Positions 1-12,705 of a stretch of DNA of 64,000 bases are shown piece after piece. Location: contig JARDVH010000084.1 in the NCBI GenBank assembly GCA_030324005.1, positions 93,620,663-93,684,662 of the forward strand, in the 5' to 3' direction. The notes under the pieces were generated by a model, which saw only the letters and a list, made by a program, of their open reading frames with translations, made no database searches and was not told the origin of the DNA. Source of the DNA: Negaprion brevirostris (lineage: Eukaryota). A program made the position numbers and the translations under genes. How positions within the stretch are numbered: position 1 is the stretch's first letter; each line of letters starts with the position of its first letter.

Positions 1-372
1 GTAATTGTTGTTTCTGCGCTGGGAAAAAGCTTCCAACTGTTCACCCTTTCTATATTCCTCATAATTTTATTAACTTCTATGAGGTCGCCCCTCAGCCTCC
101 ATCGTTCCAGGGAGAACAATCACAGTTTATTCAATCTCTCCTCAGAGCTGTTTCTCTCCATACCAGACAACATCCTTATAAACCTTTTCTATACTCTCTC
201 CAAAGCCTCCACGTCCTTCTAGTTGTGTGGTGACCAGAATGGGGGACAGTATTCCAAATGTGGCTTAACTAACATTTTATATAACTAACATAATTTGCCA
301 ACTTTTATACTTGATGTCCGTCTGATGTAGGCAAGCATGCCCCATGCTTTCTTCACCATCTTTTCCACATAA
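1..372 (-). mobile_element. CR1 LINE 3' fragment
   Basis: The reverse complement carries C-terminal CR1 ORF2 sequence (RPHLEYCPQFWSP-like and RLRGDLIEV-like segments). Confidence 0.8.
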
Positions 373-427
373 TACATAATTAATTAACACAGCCACCCGT
401 CCACCTTTTCCTAACTTTCTGTCATCT

Positions 428-1970
428 AAAAACATAGAAAATAGAAGTGGGAGTAAACCATTCAGCCCTTCAATCTTGCTCTGCCATTCATTATGATCAT
501 GGCTGATCAACTCAATAATCTGTTCCTGCTTTTCTCCCATAAGCTTTGATCTCTTTTGCCCAAGAGCAATATCTAACTACATCTTGAAAATACAATGTTT
601 TGACCTCATCTGCTTTCCGTGGTTGAGAATTCCACAGACTGGCCACTCTCTGTGTGAAGAACTTTCTCTTGTCTCAGTCCTAAATGGTCTATCCCGTATC
701 CTTAGGTTATGACTTAGACTGGTCCTGGGCACCCCCACCATCGGGGACATCCTTTCTGCATCTACTCTGGCTATATTGTTAGAATTTTGTAGGCTTCTAT
801 GAAATTCCCCCCCTCATTCTTCTAAACTTCAGCGCATATAATCCAAACTGACTCAATCAATCATTCCCAACATCTCAAGAATCAGCCTGGTAAATCTTCA
901 CTGCATTACATCTATAGCAAGAATATCCTTTTCAGTTAAGGAGACTAAAACTGCACGACATATTCAGGTGTGGTCTCATCAAGGCCCGGTATAAATGCAG
1001 CAGGCCAGTCCTGCTCCTGTACTTGAATCATCTCGCTATGAATGCCAACGTACTATTTGCCTCCTTCACCACCTGCTGCACCTGCATGTGTATTTTCAGC
1101 GACTGGTGTATAAGGACACCAAAATCTCATTGCACACTCCCCTCTCTCAATCTATAGCCATTCAGATAACAATCTGCTATACTTTTCTTGCTGCCAAAGT
1201 TGATAACCTCACATTTATCCATATTATACTGCATCTGCCATGCATTTGCCCATTCACTCAACATGCAGAAGACAGAACCAGACAATGTAATTAGTCAGCC
1301 ATTTCTTTGTTCCCCATTATAAGTTCTGCTGTTTCAAAGGATCCTACATTTGTTTTCACCAATCTTATTTCTTTACATAGCTATAGAAACTTTTGCAATC
1401 AGTTTTTATGTTCCCACAAGCGTACTCTATTTTCCAATTAACACATTAACCAATCCGTTTGTCCTCCTTTGCTGAATTCTAAACTGCTCCCAATCCACAG
1501 ATTTGTGAATTATTCTGGCCAATTCTGTGCCTCTTGCTTGGATATCTAATTTCCCTTGTAAGCCATTGTTTGGCCACCATTTTCTTTTGTGCCAGACAGG
1601 AATGAAAAATTGAATTGAATTTTTCCCATTGCCTATCCTCCACTATCTCATAGTAAATGTCACATATACTTCAAAACTCAGGTCCCAATCCATACCATTT
1701 CTATTTTTGCAACCTTTTCATCTGTTTTGATTGAATGTTATGTGTGTTTATATACAGACCCTTTAGTTTTATCCTTTTATTATTTTTGTAGCATCTGGCC
1801 TTATCTGCTATTTATTTTTAGATTTATACTCCCTCCCTGCCACGGTCTATTTATTATTTCCCATATTAGTACCTTTGTCTCTTGCTTGTCTCTATGATTA
1901 CCACATCTTCCCAAATTTGACCCACTATTGACTTGCCCCAATATTCAGTTTAAAACTTTCTCTCCTTCCC
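428..1970 (-). mobile_element. CR1 LINE, decayed (3' tail at 428, RT C-terminus, further 5' fragments)
   Basis: The catagaaaatagaag...ccattcagccc tail plus RT C-terminal homology to ~1265; more diverged upstream fragments follow. Confidence 0.75.
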
Positions 1971-2309
1971 GTGTTGAAGTCAATATGGGTAAGTTGACCG
2001 TGATCCAAAACCAGCATAGTGCGCAATCACTTGGAATTCCAGCCCAGTGAGTTAGGTTATAATCACTCCCAAACCCTCTACTCACCAATGACAGAGAAAC
2101 ATGATCTAAAGCAGAAGTTGTTTTTCCTCAAATGATTGAAACATAGAAAATATAAATGTCTTACCGACTGGCTTGAAATTTATGAAGGGTGCTGCTATAT
2201 TGAATGATGATCAGACTCTTCAATACACCGTGGGTAAGATGGACTATTCTGATTTACCAAATGGGATGAGATCTAAATTCGTACTGAATAGAAACCTTCG
2301 CATTCTCTG

Positions 2310-2395
2310 AACTTGTGCGGCAACTAAGGGATTTCACAGTAACTTCATTGCAGTATTAATATAAGCATACTTGTGACACCAATAAATAAACTTTA
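2310..2395 (+). repeat. SINE 3' tail fragment
   Basis: gggatttcacagtaacttcattgcagtattaat...cttgtgacaccaataaataaactt, shared with the SINEs at 42026, 29058 and 44760. Confidence 0.75.
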
Positions 2396-3137
2396 AAAAG
2401 CTTAATTTATTGTTCTAACTGGAAATTTGTTGTAGTCCATGTGAATCTAATTTTCTCAATGCCCTCGGTAACTATACACTCCACTGACCAATTGCCATTC
2501 AATATGTAGCTGCTGGTCATCTCCAGCAGCATGTTTGAAGAGGAAATGAGAAATTAGAGACATGCACTCTATTTGCAATTAGCACAGACCAATAGTGTTC
2601 ATTTATGTGTATTCTGCAATGTGATCTTTTGTAATTCTGTAACTAGCATTGCCAAACACGTGTCAGCTACCACAGAATATACCCGCTTATATTTTATTAA
2701 TTCCCTAAAATGGCCAGTGAGCTGTTGCATGTTTGGCTTTCAACACCAGAGTCCATCTTTCATCAGGCAATTGCAAAGTTTTCCTAATCTTTCCAGCCAC
2801 AGAATCCTCTTGGCTTCCCAAGAGCACTGACAGAACCACCAAGAAACATCCTTATTATGTTGAAGAGTTAAACCACAAAATATTCATTACTTTCATAAAT
2901 GGGTATAAACATGCAAAAACAAATTCAGAATACCCTTTTCAGTTTCTTATATGTATGTATGAATTAAAATTAAGGAATTATCTTATTCAACAAATATTTA
3001 TCTCTTACCATTTTATCATTTTTAATAGAAGGAGGGATGCTAATCTTTTGCTCATGAGATTCATTTAATATTAAGAGTGCTACTGGAAACTGGATTCTCA
3101 TATCAGACACGCACACTTGCTGTTTCTGGCACAGACA

Positions 3138-3217
3138 CTGCTCTCTCGCGCACTCGCTCCTCTCTCTCGCGCACTCGCTCCTCTCTCTCGCGCACTCGCT
3201 CCTCTCTCTCGCGCACT
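3138..3217. repeat. ~20-bp tandem repeat (ctctctcgcgcactcgctcct-like) running into a gap
   Basis: About 4 visible copies; the source of the spurious CARERSE ORFs. Confidence 0.9.
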
Positions 3218-4902
3218 NNNNNNNNNNNNNNNNNNNNNNNNNNNNNNNNNNNNNNNNNNNNNNNNNNNNNNNNNNNNNNNNNNNNNNNNNNNNNNNNNNN
3301 NNNNNNNNNNNNNNNNNNNNNNNNNNNNNNNNNNNNNNNNNNNNNNNNNNNNNNNNNNNNNNNNNNNNNNNNNNNNNNNNNNNNNNNNNNNNNNNNNNNN
3401 NNNNNNNNNNNNNNNNNNNNNNNNNNNNNNNNNNNNNNNNNNNNNNNNNNNNNNNNNNNNNNNNNNNNNNNNNNNNNNNNNNNNNNNNNNNNNNNNNNNN
3501 NNNNNNNNNNNNNNNNNNNNNNNNNNNNNNNNNNNNNNNNNNNNNNNNNNNNNNNNNNNNNNNNNNNNNNNNNNNNNNNNNNNNNNNNNNNNNNNAACCT
3601 CTCACCCCCATCCAACCTTTCCCACCCCGTCCCAGGCATCTCTTGTCCCTGGCCTTGTGCACCCCAGCGTCAGCCCCTCACATGCCTGGCTCTTTCTGCC
3701 ATCTTGTTGCCTTAGCTCTTGGCTTTGCATCTGACTTTCAATACTGATTTGCTGCTATTTCCAGCTCACCCAATTAGAGACCAGCTTTTCAGTGCAGTGT
3801 CTGCCTGATTGGTTAAATAGCATGCTTATTCATAGCCATCAAAGTGTGAAAACTGCCTTTGATCGGTCAAGCTGGAAGAACATTTTATTTATAAAATTTA
3901 GAAATGTTGGATCTAATGCAGAGCCTCTGGAAGAGTCCTATGGAATCCTTTATATTTTTACTGATTCTATCATTGTTTTTAGTGATTCTATTGTCATCCT
4001 TGTGAGTGAGTGAGAGAAACTGCCCCTTTGTTTCTTCATATAATTTGTTGTCAGAAATTGTCTTGCAATTTCTGTGAATTACTTTGAAATTTTAATTTCT
4101 GAGTACTATTTGAATACAAATTATTGTCATCTTGAGCTCCCCTCCAATATTATTCTGTACTTGGCAGGTGGAGCATTCTTTAATGAGCTGTTTACACTCA
4201 CACCCTGTCTACTACTTCTGAGGGTTCACTTGAAAATTCAAGTTCTATTGGCACCATTTGCAGCTGGTAATGTGCGATTCTTGGAACATAGGCACATCAT
4301 GCTATAGTTATGGTCGGTAATTGGAGCTGAAAGCTGTTTTTTCTCTACAGAGGCATTAACAATGCTTTGATTTCATTCCAGCAATGGTTGGAAACCAACC
4401 TTCACACAGGCATGTTGGAACGAATCGAATCAATACCTGAACAGACCTCTTTGCAATGGGAGCATTCTGCCTGAATTTGGATACAAAAGACAGTCGAACT
4501 GCTTTCATTGGGAATCAGTCACTCTTCGGCCCATAATTGTGATATCCAGGAGGTTTTCTTACTCTTTCATTGGCAAATTTTGCAAACTGGGTGCTTCAAA
4601 AACAAAATTGTCTAAGTAAAGTGACCCAGCAGTTTGTATTTCTCATTGAGGGTAAGTACTTTCACATTTGCCTTTACAGTTTAGTGGGATGTTACTTGGA
4701 TGTCATTAGAAATTCCTGTATGTTTAGGAAAAGGTCAGTGTTATTTCCTTTCACAAAACAAGCTCAGAATTCTAACTATTTTCTCATTGATGACTTTTTG
4801 TACAGGGCATTGACAACATTTGCGAATTTGAAGTCTTTGATTAATCCATGGGCTGAATAATATATTCATGGGTGGGGAAGATTTACTTTTTTGCCAAGCG
4901 TA

Positions 4903-7040
4903 TCATAGAACAAAGAAAATTACAGCACAGGAATAGGCCCTTCAGCCCTCCAAGCCTGCACCGACCATGCTGCGCGACTGAACTAAAACCCCCTATCCTT
5001 CCAGGGATCATATCCCATTATTCCCATCCTGTTCATGTATTTGTCCAGACACCCCTTAAAACTCACTATCTTATCTGCTTCCACTACTTCCTCTGGCAGC
5101 AAATTCCAGGCATCCACCACCCTCTGTGTAAAAAAATCTTGCCTCGTGCATCTCCTTTAAACCTTGCCCCTTGCCTTAAATCTATGCCCCCTAGTTATTG
5201 ACTCTTCCACCTTGTGGAAAAAACTTCTGACCATCCACTCTGTCCGTACCGCTCGTAATCTTGTAGACTTCTATCATGTCGCCCCTCAACCTCTGCTGTT
5301 CCAGTGAGAACAAACCAAGTTTCTCCAACCTCTTCTCATAGCTAATGCCCTCCATACCAGGCAACACCNNNNNNNNNNNNNNNNNNNNNNNNNNNNNNNN
5401 NNNNNNNNNNNNNNNNNNNNNNNNNNNNNNNNNNNNNNNNNNNNNNNNNNNNNNNNNNNNNNNNNNNNNNNNNNNNNNNNNNNNNNNNNNNNNNNNNNNN
5501 NNNNNNNNNNNNNNNNNNNNNNNNNNNNNNNNNNNNNNNNNNNNNNNNNNNNNNNNNNNNNNNNNNNNNNNNNNNNNNNNNNNNNNNNNNNNNNNNNNNN
5601 NNNNNNNNNNNNNNNNNNNNNNNNNNNNNNNNNNNNNNNNNNNNNNNNNNNNNNNNNNNNNNNNNNNNNNNNNNNNNNNNNNNNNNNNNNNNNNNNNNNN
5701 NNNNNNNNNNNNNNNNNNNNNNNNNNNNNNNNNNNNNNNNNNNNNNNNNNNNNNNNNNNNNNNNNNNNNNNNNNNNNNNNNNNNNNNNNNNNNNNNNNNN
5801 NNNNNNNNNNNNNNNNNNNNNNNNNNNNNNNNNNNNNNNNNNNNNNNNNNNNNNNNNNNNNNNNNNNNNNNNNNNNNNNNNNNNNNNNNNNNNNNNNNNN
5901 NNNNNNNNNNNNNNNNNNNNNNNNNNNNNNNNNNNNNNNNNNNNNNNNNNNNNNNNNNNNNNNNNNNNNNNNNNNNNNNNNNNNNNNNNAACCTCTCCTC
6001 ATAGCTAATGCCCTCCATACCAAGCAACATCCTGGTAACTCTTTTCCGAACCCTCTCCAAAGCCTCCACTTTCTTCTGGTAGTGTGGTAACCAGAATTGA
6101 ACACTATATTCCAAGTGCGGCCTCACTAAGATTCTATAAAGCGTCAACACGACTTGGCAATTTTTAAACTCAATATCCCAACTGATGAAGGCAAGCATGC
6201 CGAATGCCTCCTTGACTACCTTCTCCACCTGCATTGCCACTTTCAGTGACCTGTGTACCTGCACACCCAGATTCCTTGGCCTATCAATATTCCTAAGGGT
6301 TCTACCATTTACTGTATATTTCCTATCTGTATTAGACCTTCCAAAGTGCATTATCTCACATTTGTCCAGATTGAACTCCATCTACCATCTCTCCACCCAA
6401 GTCTCCAACTGACCTATATCCTGCTATATCCTCGAATAGTCCTCATTGCTATGTGCAAATCCACCAACCTGTGTGTCGTCCACAAACTTACTAATCAATC
6501 CAGTTACACTTTCCTCCAAATCATTTATATATATTACAAACAGCAAAGGTCCCAACATTGATCCCTGAGGAACACTTGTCACAGCTCTCCCTTCCACTGC
6601 TATCCTCTGTTTTCTTTGACCGAGCTAGTTTTGTATCCATCTTGCTAGCTCACCTCTGATTCCATGCGCCTTCATCTTCTGCACCAGTCTGCCAGGAGGG
6701 ACCTTGTCAAAGGCCTTACTGAAGTCCGTGAAGATAACATCCACTGCCCTACCCTCAATCATCTTCATCACTTCCTTGAAAAACTTGATCAAGTTAGTGA
6801 GACATGACCTCCCCTTCACAAAACCATGTTGCCTCTCGCTAATACGTCCACTTATTTCCAAGTGGGAGTAAACCCTATCCAATAATTTCCCTACCACTAA
6901 CATCAGGCTCACCGGCCTGTAATTACCTGGATTATTCTTGCTACCCTTATTCTCCAATCCTCTCGGCCTAACCTGTAGCCAGTGAGGATACAAAAATTTC
7001 TCTCAAGGCCCCAGCAATTTCTTCCTTTGCCTCTTTCAGT
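4903..7040 (-). mobile_element. CR1 LINE, 5'-truncated, spanning a gap
   Basis: ORFs 6625-6993 (PGNYRPVSL, QHGFVKGRSCLTNL, DFSKAFDKVP) and 5191-6381 (RPHLEYSVQFW); 3' tail near 4905. Confidence 0.95.
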
Positions 7041-7424
7041 ATGGGATGTGACGACCTAAGAGGTCATTTATGATTATACAGTATGTGGGCAAGTCAAAAA
7101 GTTCAAAACCTGTCCGCATTATTTAAATTGCAATTCAGAAGTCAATCCAGTGAATTGCTGTAATATGTTCAAAAGTCTCCAGCATATGAATCGTGACAGT
7201 TGGGATCTTGTTTTTTTATGGGTAAACTTCTTTGGGTGGGTTTTAAAACTGTAGCTAAGACCAGAGTCTCAGATTTGCAGTTAACACCTCATTGACCAGA
7301 GTGATTGCTCATCTGAATAAGCAGAGGAACTCTTTGGATATTGTTCATCAGGGGCACTCTCTTCTGATACAGAGGATTCTTTTGATTATTTTCCTGTCCT
7401 TTCCCTAGGGATAAAAAGAAACAA

Positions 7425-8730
7425 ATGGTAATTGTGACCTCAATTGAGGACACATTCTCTTGTGAGGAGGAGAGAAGGATTAGGAGGTCAAGAAGGATGA
7501 GAGGAAGAAAGGAATGCAGGGAGGCTCATGATGCTGATGTTTTTCAGAAAGGGGATAGAGCAGCATCAGATCCTGAGCTTCACTGGGAACCCAGCAAACC
7601 TCAGCAGGGGTGCAGACAATCTTCTGATGCCCCAAGAGTATATAAGCAGAGATTTAGCTTCCTAAAGCAACTGAGACTCAGGACAGAAGACAACTTAGAC
7701 TTTCAAGAAGCACTGTGAGATTACAATGTGGCGCTCGCAAGGGAAGACCTCAGTTCAGCTGCGCTTGAGTCTACCTGTTGCCTGTCAAATTGAGGCAACA
7801 GTGGCCTTTCTCTCCTTTGTAACAGGCTGAAGTAAGGCAGCCTGTGGAGATCTCAGTGGGATAACATAACACACTGAACCTTTGCATCAAAGTATTCACG
7901 TTCACAAATAAAATGTTCCAGAAGGCTGGAAAATATATTTCATCCGTGCATGATGACCAAAGCCATATGGATAGAGATTGAGACTTTGCGGTGATTGCAG
8001 GTTTTTCCCAGCCATTGATGTAGCTATCAAGTCTCCTTCTGGACAGTCATGGAACTTCATGAACAGAATGGGCTTCCATTCGATAAATGTGCAACTGATG
8101 TGTGTGACCATAATTGGCAAATCATGTAGGCATGTGCCAGGTACCTGGGCAGCAGTCACAAATCATACGTCCTGACGAACTCACAGATTCCAAACCTTTT
8201 TACCAGCCTGGATTTCTTTTAGGTGTGGCTACCAGGTGATAAGAACTATCCTCTGAAAAGATGCCATTTGTGAAAATGCCCTGACTTGACTTAAGAGCCA
8301 AACCAGCACCAGAGCCATAATGGAACAGACTATTATTCTCCTCAAGATGTGATTCTGATGCCGGAGGTACAATAAAGTGTGTGTCCCTGATGTTTATGAT
8401 TTGCTATGCATTCTCTAACATTGTCATGCAAAGGGAGATGCCCTGGGGAATGATGACACGATGTGGAGATGTCGGCGTTGGACTGGGATAAACATATTAA
8501 GAAGTCTCACAATACCAGGTTAAAGTCCAACAGGTTTATTTGGTAGCAAAAGCCCAGTGAGCGCTCTGAAAGTTAGTGGCTTTTGCTACTGAATGATGAC
8601 ACACCAGACGGAGGCCAGTTCTTCAACGAGAAGAGTGATGGCGAGCTCATGGATCCCCATGATGCTCCTACAGATACCCCTGGCCATGATCAAATGGATG
8701 GCCATTGCACCAGAGATGTTTAATTGATAG
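7425..8730 (+). mobile_element. PIF/Harbinger transposase remnant (HARBI1-like)
   Basis: Frameshifted motifs in HARBI1-type DDE order: RVYKQRFSFL, LPVKL, GDLSGI, AIKSPSGQSWNFMNRMGFHSINVQLMC, SQIPNLF, WLPGDKNYPL. Confidence 0.85.
8460..8590. mobile_element. Penelope-derived short insertion with a 12-bp target-site duplication
   Basis: aagaagtctcacaataccaggttaaagtccaacagg core; gaatgatgacac is repeated at 8448-8459 and 8591-8602. Confidence 0.7.
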
Positions 8731-8744
8731 CAACGATCGTTTGA

Positions 8745-9915
8745 TTGGGTGTGCATCTCTCTATTCAACAAGAGACGGAGACAGAAACCAGTAAACTTCA
8801 GTCCAATTACCATGATGTCTGTCATGTGGAAGGTCATAGTGTTTTACAGCACAGAGGCCCTTCAGTCTAACATATTGAATAGCTCATTAGGAGGTTATAT
8901 CTGGACACTTAGAAGAATGCAAGATAGCTGGGAAGAGTCAGCAAGATTTTTTTTGAAATCATGTTCAACCAATTGATTAGAGTTTTTTTTTGAAGGAGTA
9001 ACATGCTATGGAAGACAGGGAGCCTGTAGAAATGCTGCACTTGGATTTTCAGAAGGCATTTGACAAAGCACTACTTGAAAGGTTATTGTGGAAAATAAGT
9101 GCTCATGCTACAAGAGGTAACATATTAGCATGAATAGAAGATTGGCTGTATTACAAAAAGCAGGGTATGAATAAATGGCTCTTTTTTTGATTGACAGGAT
9201 GTGCTGAGTGGAGTTCAGCAGGGGTCTGCGCTGCAGCCTCAACTTATAACAACTTAGCTCAATTACTTAGATGAGAGGACTGAAGACAATGTAGCTAAAT
9301 CTGCAGATGACACAAAGATTGGTGGGAAAGTATATTGTTTGATTTGATTTATTATTGTCACATGTATTAGAATACAGTGAAAAGTATGCCGCATATAGAA
9401 AAGGAAAGGAGAATGTGCAGCATGTAGTATTACAGTCATAGCTAGAGAAAAATCAACTTAATATCAGATAGGTCTGTTCAAAAGTCTGATGGCAGCAGGG
9501 AAGAAGCTGTTCTTGAGTCGGATGGTACATAACTTCAGACCTTTTGCATCGTTATCTCGACAGAAGAAGGTGGAAGAGTGTGTGTCTGGGGTATGTGAGG
9601 CCTTCATTATGCTGGTTACTTTTCCGAGGCAGCAGGAAGTGTAGACAGTTTCATGGTTGGGAGGCTGGTTTGCATGATGCACTGGGCTTCATTCACAACC
9701 CTTTGTAGTTTTTTACAGTCTTGGACAGAGCAGGAGCCACACCAAGCTGTGATACCAACTGGAAAGTATGCTTTCTATGGTGCATCCATAAAAGCTGGTG
9801 AGAGCCAAAGGGGAAGACGTAAGGACATTGACCGACAGGTTGAGTGACTGGGCAAAATCTAGCAGGTGGAGTATGATGTGGGAAAATGTTGGGAAGACAG
9901 AAAGCATTGTTTTTG
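8745..9915 (+). mobile_element. Old CR1 RT fragment interrupted by a Rex/Babar-type LINE
   Basis: KPVNFSPI, LDFQKAFDK and ADDTKIGG remnants up to ~9337; homology resumes at ~9811. Confidence 0.75.
9338..9810 (-). mobile_element. Rex1/Babar-type LINE 3' end
   Basis: LTSFYGCTIESILS and RLKNSFFPAAIRLLN motifs; (atttg)n tail near 9340. Confidence 0.75.
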
Positions 9916-10059
9916 GCTCCCACCACAAGATTTGCTGCATATCCACTGACTTCATGCCTCTCCCTGCCAGCTGTCTGAGCTGTCTGGCCACGGCTTGGTG
10001 ATTTATTTGATCATATATCTTCATGATAACCAAATTAACCAATTACAATTTCTGTAATA

Positions 10060-10190
10060 TAGGTGGAATTTTATGGTCCCACCCACCACTGGGATCATCT
10101 GGTCCCACCAAAAGTCAGTGGATGTTTGGCTGGCTTGCTGCATCCCCTGCTGCAGATCGCATCTCGATGATGATTGGCAAATCCCAGCCA
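10060..10190. mobile_element. Short MITE-like element
   Basis: The core ctgggatc...ccaaaagtca...gtttggctggc is shared with 63398-63527; ends are imperfect inverted repeats. Confidence 0.6.
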
Positions 10191-10194
10191 TATT

Positions 10195-10460
10195 ATGACT
10201 CCTGCCTCGGCTCAACTGCTGCTAAAAGCCTCATTCATGCCTTTGCTTTCAATAGATTTGACTCCTGTCGGTGTGCGGCTACTACCTTAAAATTCCCATC
10301 CTTGTTTTGAAAGCACTCCATGGCCTCATCCCTCTCTACCTCTGTAACCTCCTCCAGCCCTACAACACTTTCTGATATCTCCAATGTATCACTAAATTTA
10401 TTATTAGTATTTTGCATTCACTTGCTTAGGTCTTCAGTCTGTAATTTCCTCCCTAAACTA
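10195..10460 (+). mobile_element. L2 LINE 3' remnant
   Basis: LIHAFAFNRFDSC resembles the L2 LIHAFVTSRLDYC motif; followed by a ccatggcct...ccctctctacctctgtaacctcctccagccctaca segment. Confidence 0.6.
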
Positions 10461-11284
10461 CTCTGTCTGACTTTTGCTGAATGTGGCCCATGCCAGCTAT
10501 AAAGACTTTTGGACATAACAAATTTGTCATAGAAAGTGAGTTTTCCAACTCTTTATTAATATGCTTACAATATTTTTGTTTTTATTTCTCCATTAGACCT
10601 GCTCTGTCACATACAGGGTCCAATGTTCAACGTACTTAAGGTGAATTCGACAGCAGCAATACTTGGTCCAGTTATTTTCACTTGCGTGCATTGGTTCATT
10701 TCAACACTGACAGGCATAAACCACAGTGACCATCGAAACCCTATGCAGGCCAGGGTGTGTTGATGCTTTTCATAGTTCAAATATTATGTAGGATATTTTT
10801 CATCCTTAACGTTAGCAAAGTCACATCAAGGCTCCCATTCATTTCACCATATTTGATGACCGGTTAAGATTTTTCACCTTGCTGCCGAATGCTAGTGCTC
10901 AGCTAACATAGAATGCCAGGTAAAACTCCCTTTGTGGTGTTCTCTCAGCTACCTGGAAACTTATAATTCCAGCATTTGATGCAAAATTGGAAGTGATCCA
11001 AACCACAGTAATTCTCATATTTTTCCACTCAACTTCCCCAGATCAAGTTCAGATAGCATGAGTTAGATGCAACCTACAATACTTCTGACAAATACTAAGC
11101 TCGATCCATGTTCAGCATGTCAGTTTCCCTTCCCTCTCGTCTCCAGAAATGGAGTTTGCCAGCTTTATTAGTCAGATGACAGACTGTTGAATCAATGAGA
11201 TCAAGGTTCAGTTTAATTTAAATGTTTAATGTCTCTGTGAAATTATTAAATTCTGTGTTAAGCTCTCCCTGTTTTTAATCGTTC

Positions 11285-11520
11285 TTAGGATATGGACGTT
11301 ACTGTCAAGACCAGCAGGACCAACATTCGTTGTCCAGCCCTAGTTTCTCTTAAACGACCTAGTCGGCCATTTCAGAAATCAGTTAAGAGTCAACCTTATT
11401 GGAGACAGATTTGGATCAGACAGAGTAAGTATGGCAGATATTTTCATCCCCAAAAAGCATTGGGAAATCACCAGTTAGGTTTGTATGACAATTAGAAAGT
11501 TTCATGGTCATTTTACTGTT
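11285..11520 (-). repeat. Deu-domain-type SINE remnant
   Basis: Reverse-complement similarity to the SINE body at 58428-58670. Confidence 0.5.
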
Positions 11521-11629
11521 AGCAGCTTTATATTTTTGCCTTTTAGAGAACTGAATTCATGGGGGAAGTTGAATTTGAGTTCTCTGAATTGTTCCAAGAA
11601 TATAACACTATCTAAATGGATAAAAAAAT

Positions 11630-12705
11630 TGGCTTCTTGCCAGAAGCCAGAGGGTGGCTGCAGAGAGTTGCTCTTTAAACTGAAAGCCTGTGACCAGCGG
11701 TGTGCCTCAGGGATCAATGTTGGGCTCACTTTTATTTGTCATTTATATTAATGATTTGGATGATAATATAGGAGGCATGGTTAGTAAGTTTGCAGATAAC
11801 ACCAAGATTGGGGGCATAGTGGACAGTGAAGAAAGTTATCTCTGTTTGCAATGGGATCTTGATCAATTGGGCTGACGAATGGCAATGGAGTTTAGGTAAA
11901 TTTAGGTAAATTCAAGGTGATGCATTTTGGTAGATTGAACCAGGGCAGGACTTACTCAATTAATGGTAGGGCATTGGGGAGAGTTACAGAACAAAGAGAT
12001 CTAAAGGTACATATTCATAGCTCCTTGAAAGTGGAGTCACAAGTAGAAAGAGTGGTGAAGAAGGCATTCGGCATTTTTGGTTTCATCAGTCAAAACATGG
12101 AATGCAGGAGTTGAGACAACTTGTTTATTTGTACAAGACATTGGCAAGGTCACACTTGGAATACTGGGCACAATTCTGGTCACCCTATGAAAGAAGGGAT
12201 ATTACTTAACAACAAAAAGTGCGGGGGAAAATGCTAGGACGCTTCCGGGACCTGATGGATTGAGTTATATGGAGAAGCTAAATCGAACGGGATTTTTTTT
12301 TTCACTGGAGCACAGGAGGCTCAGGTGTGAACTTATAGAGGTCTATAAAATAATGCGGGGCATAGACAAGTTACATAGCCATTTTTCCCCCAAAGGTAAG
12401 GTAGTCTAAAACTAGAGGGCTTGGGTTTAAGCTGAGAGGGAAGAGATACAAAAGTGCCCAGGGCGGCTTTTTATCAAACAGAGAGTGATGAGTGTCTGGG
12501 ACAAACCGCCAGAGGTCTTAGTAGAGATTGGTACAAATTTATCGTTTCAAACGCACTTACATAGTTGCATCGATACTATGAGTATAGTGGGATATGGGCC
12601 AAATGTGGGCAATTGGTATTAGTTTAGAGTTTAAAAAAGGGTGACATGGACAATTTGGGCTGAAGGGTCTGTTTCCGTGTTGTAAACCTCTATGAACATA
12701 TGACT
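11630..12705 (+). mobile_element. CR1 LINE 3' ~1.1 kb
   Basis: [33 protein letters not shown] and MHFGRLN motifs; ctctatga-type tail. Confidence 0.93.

Noticed and set aside
2970-3734. Long ORFs with CARERSE/SRTRSSL repeats
   Set aside because: Translations of a tandem repeat plus an N gap.
5328-6030. Same ~40-bp CR1 sequence on both sides of a gap (similar cases at 25989-26033 and 33987-34103)
   Set aside because: Most likely scaffolding overlap or haplotype artefacts rather than biological duplications.
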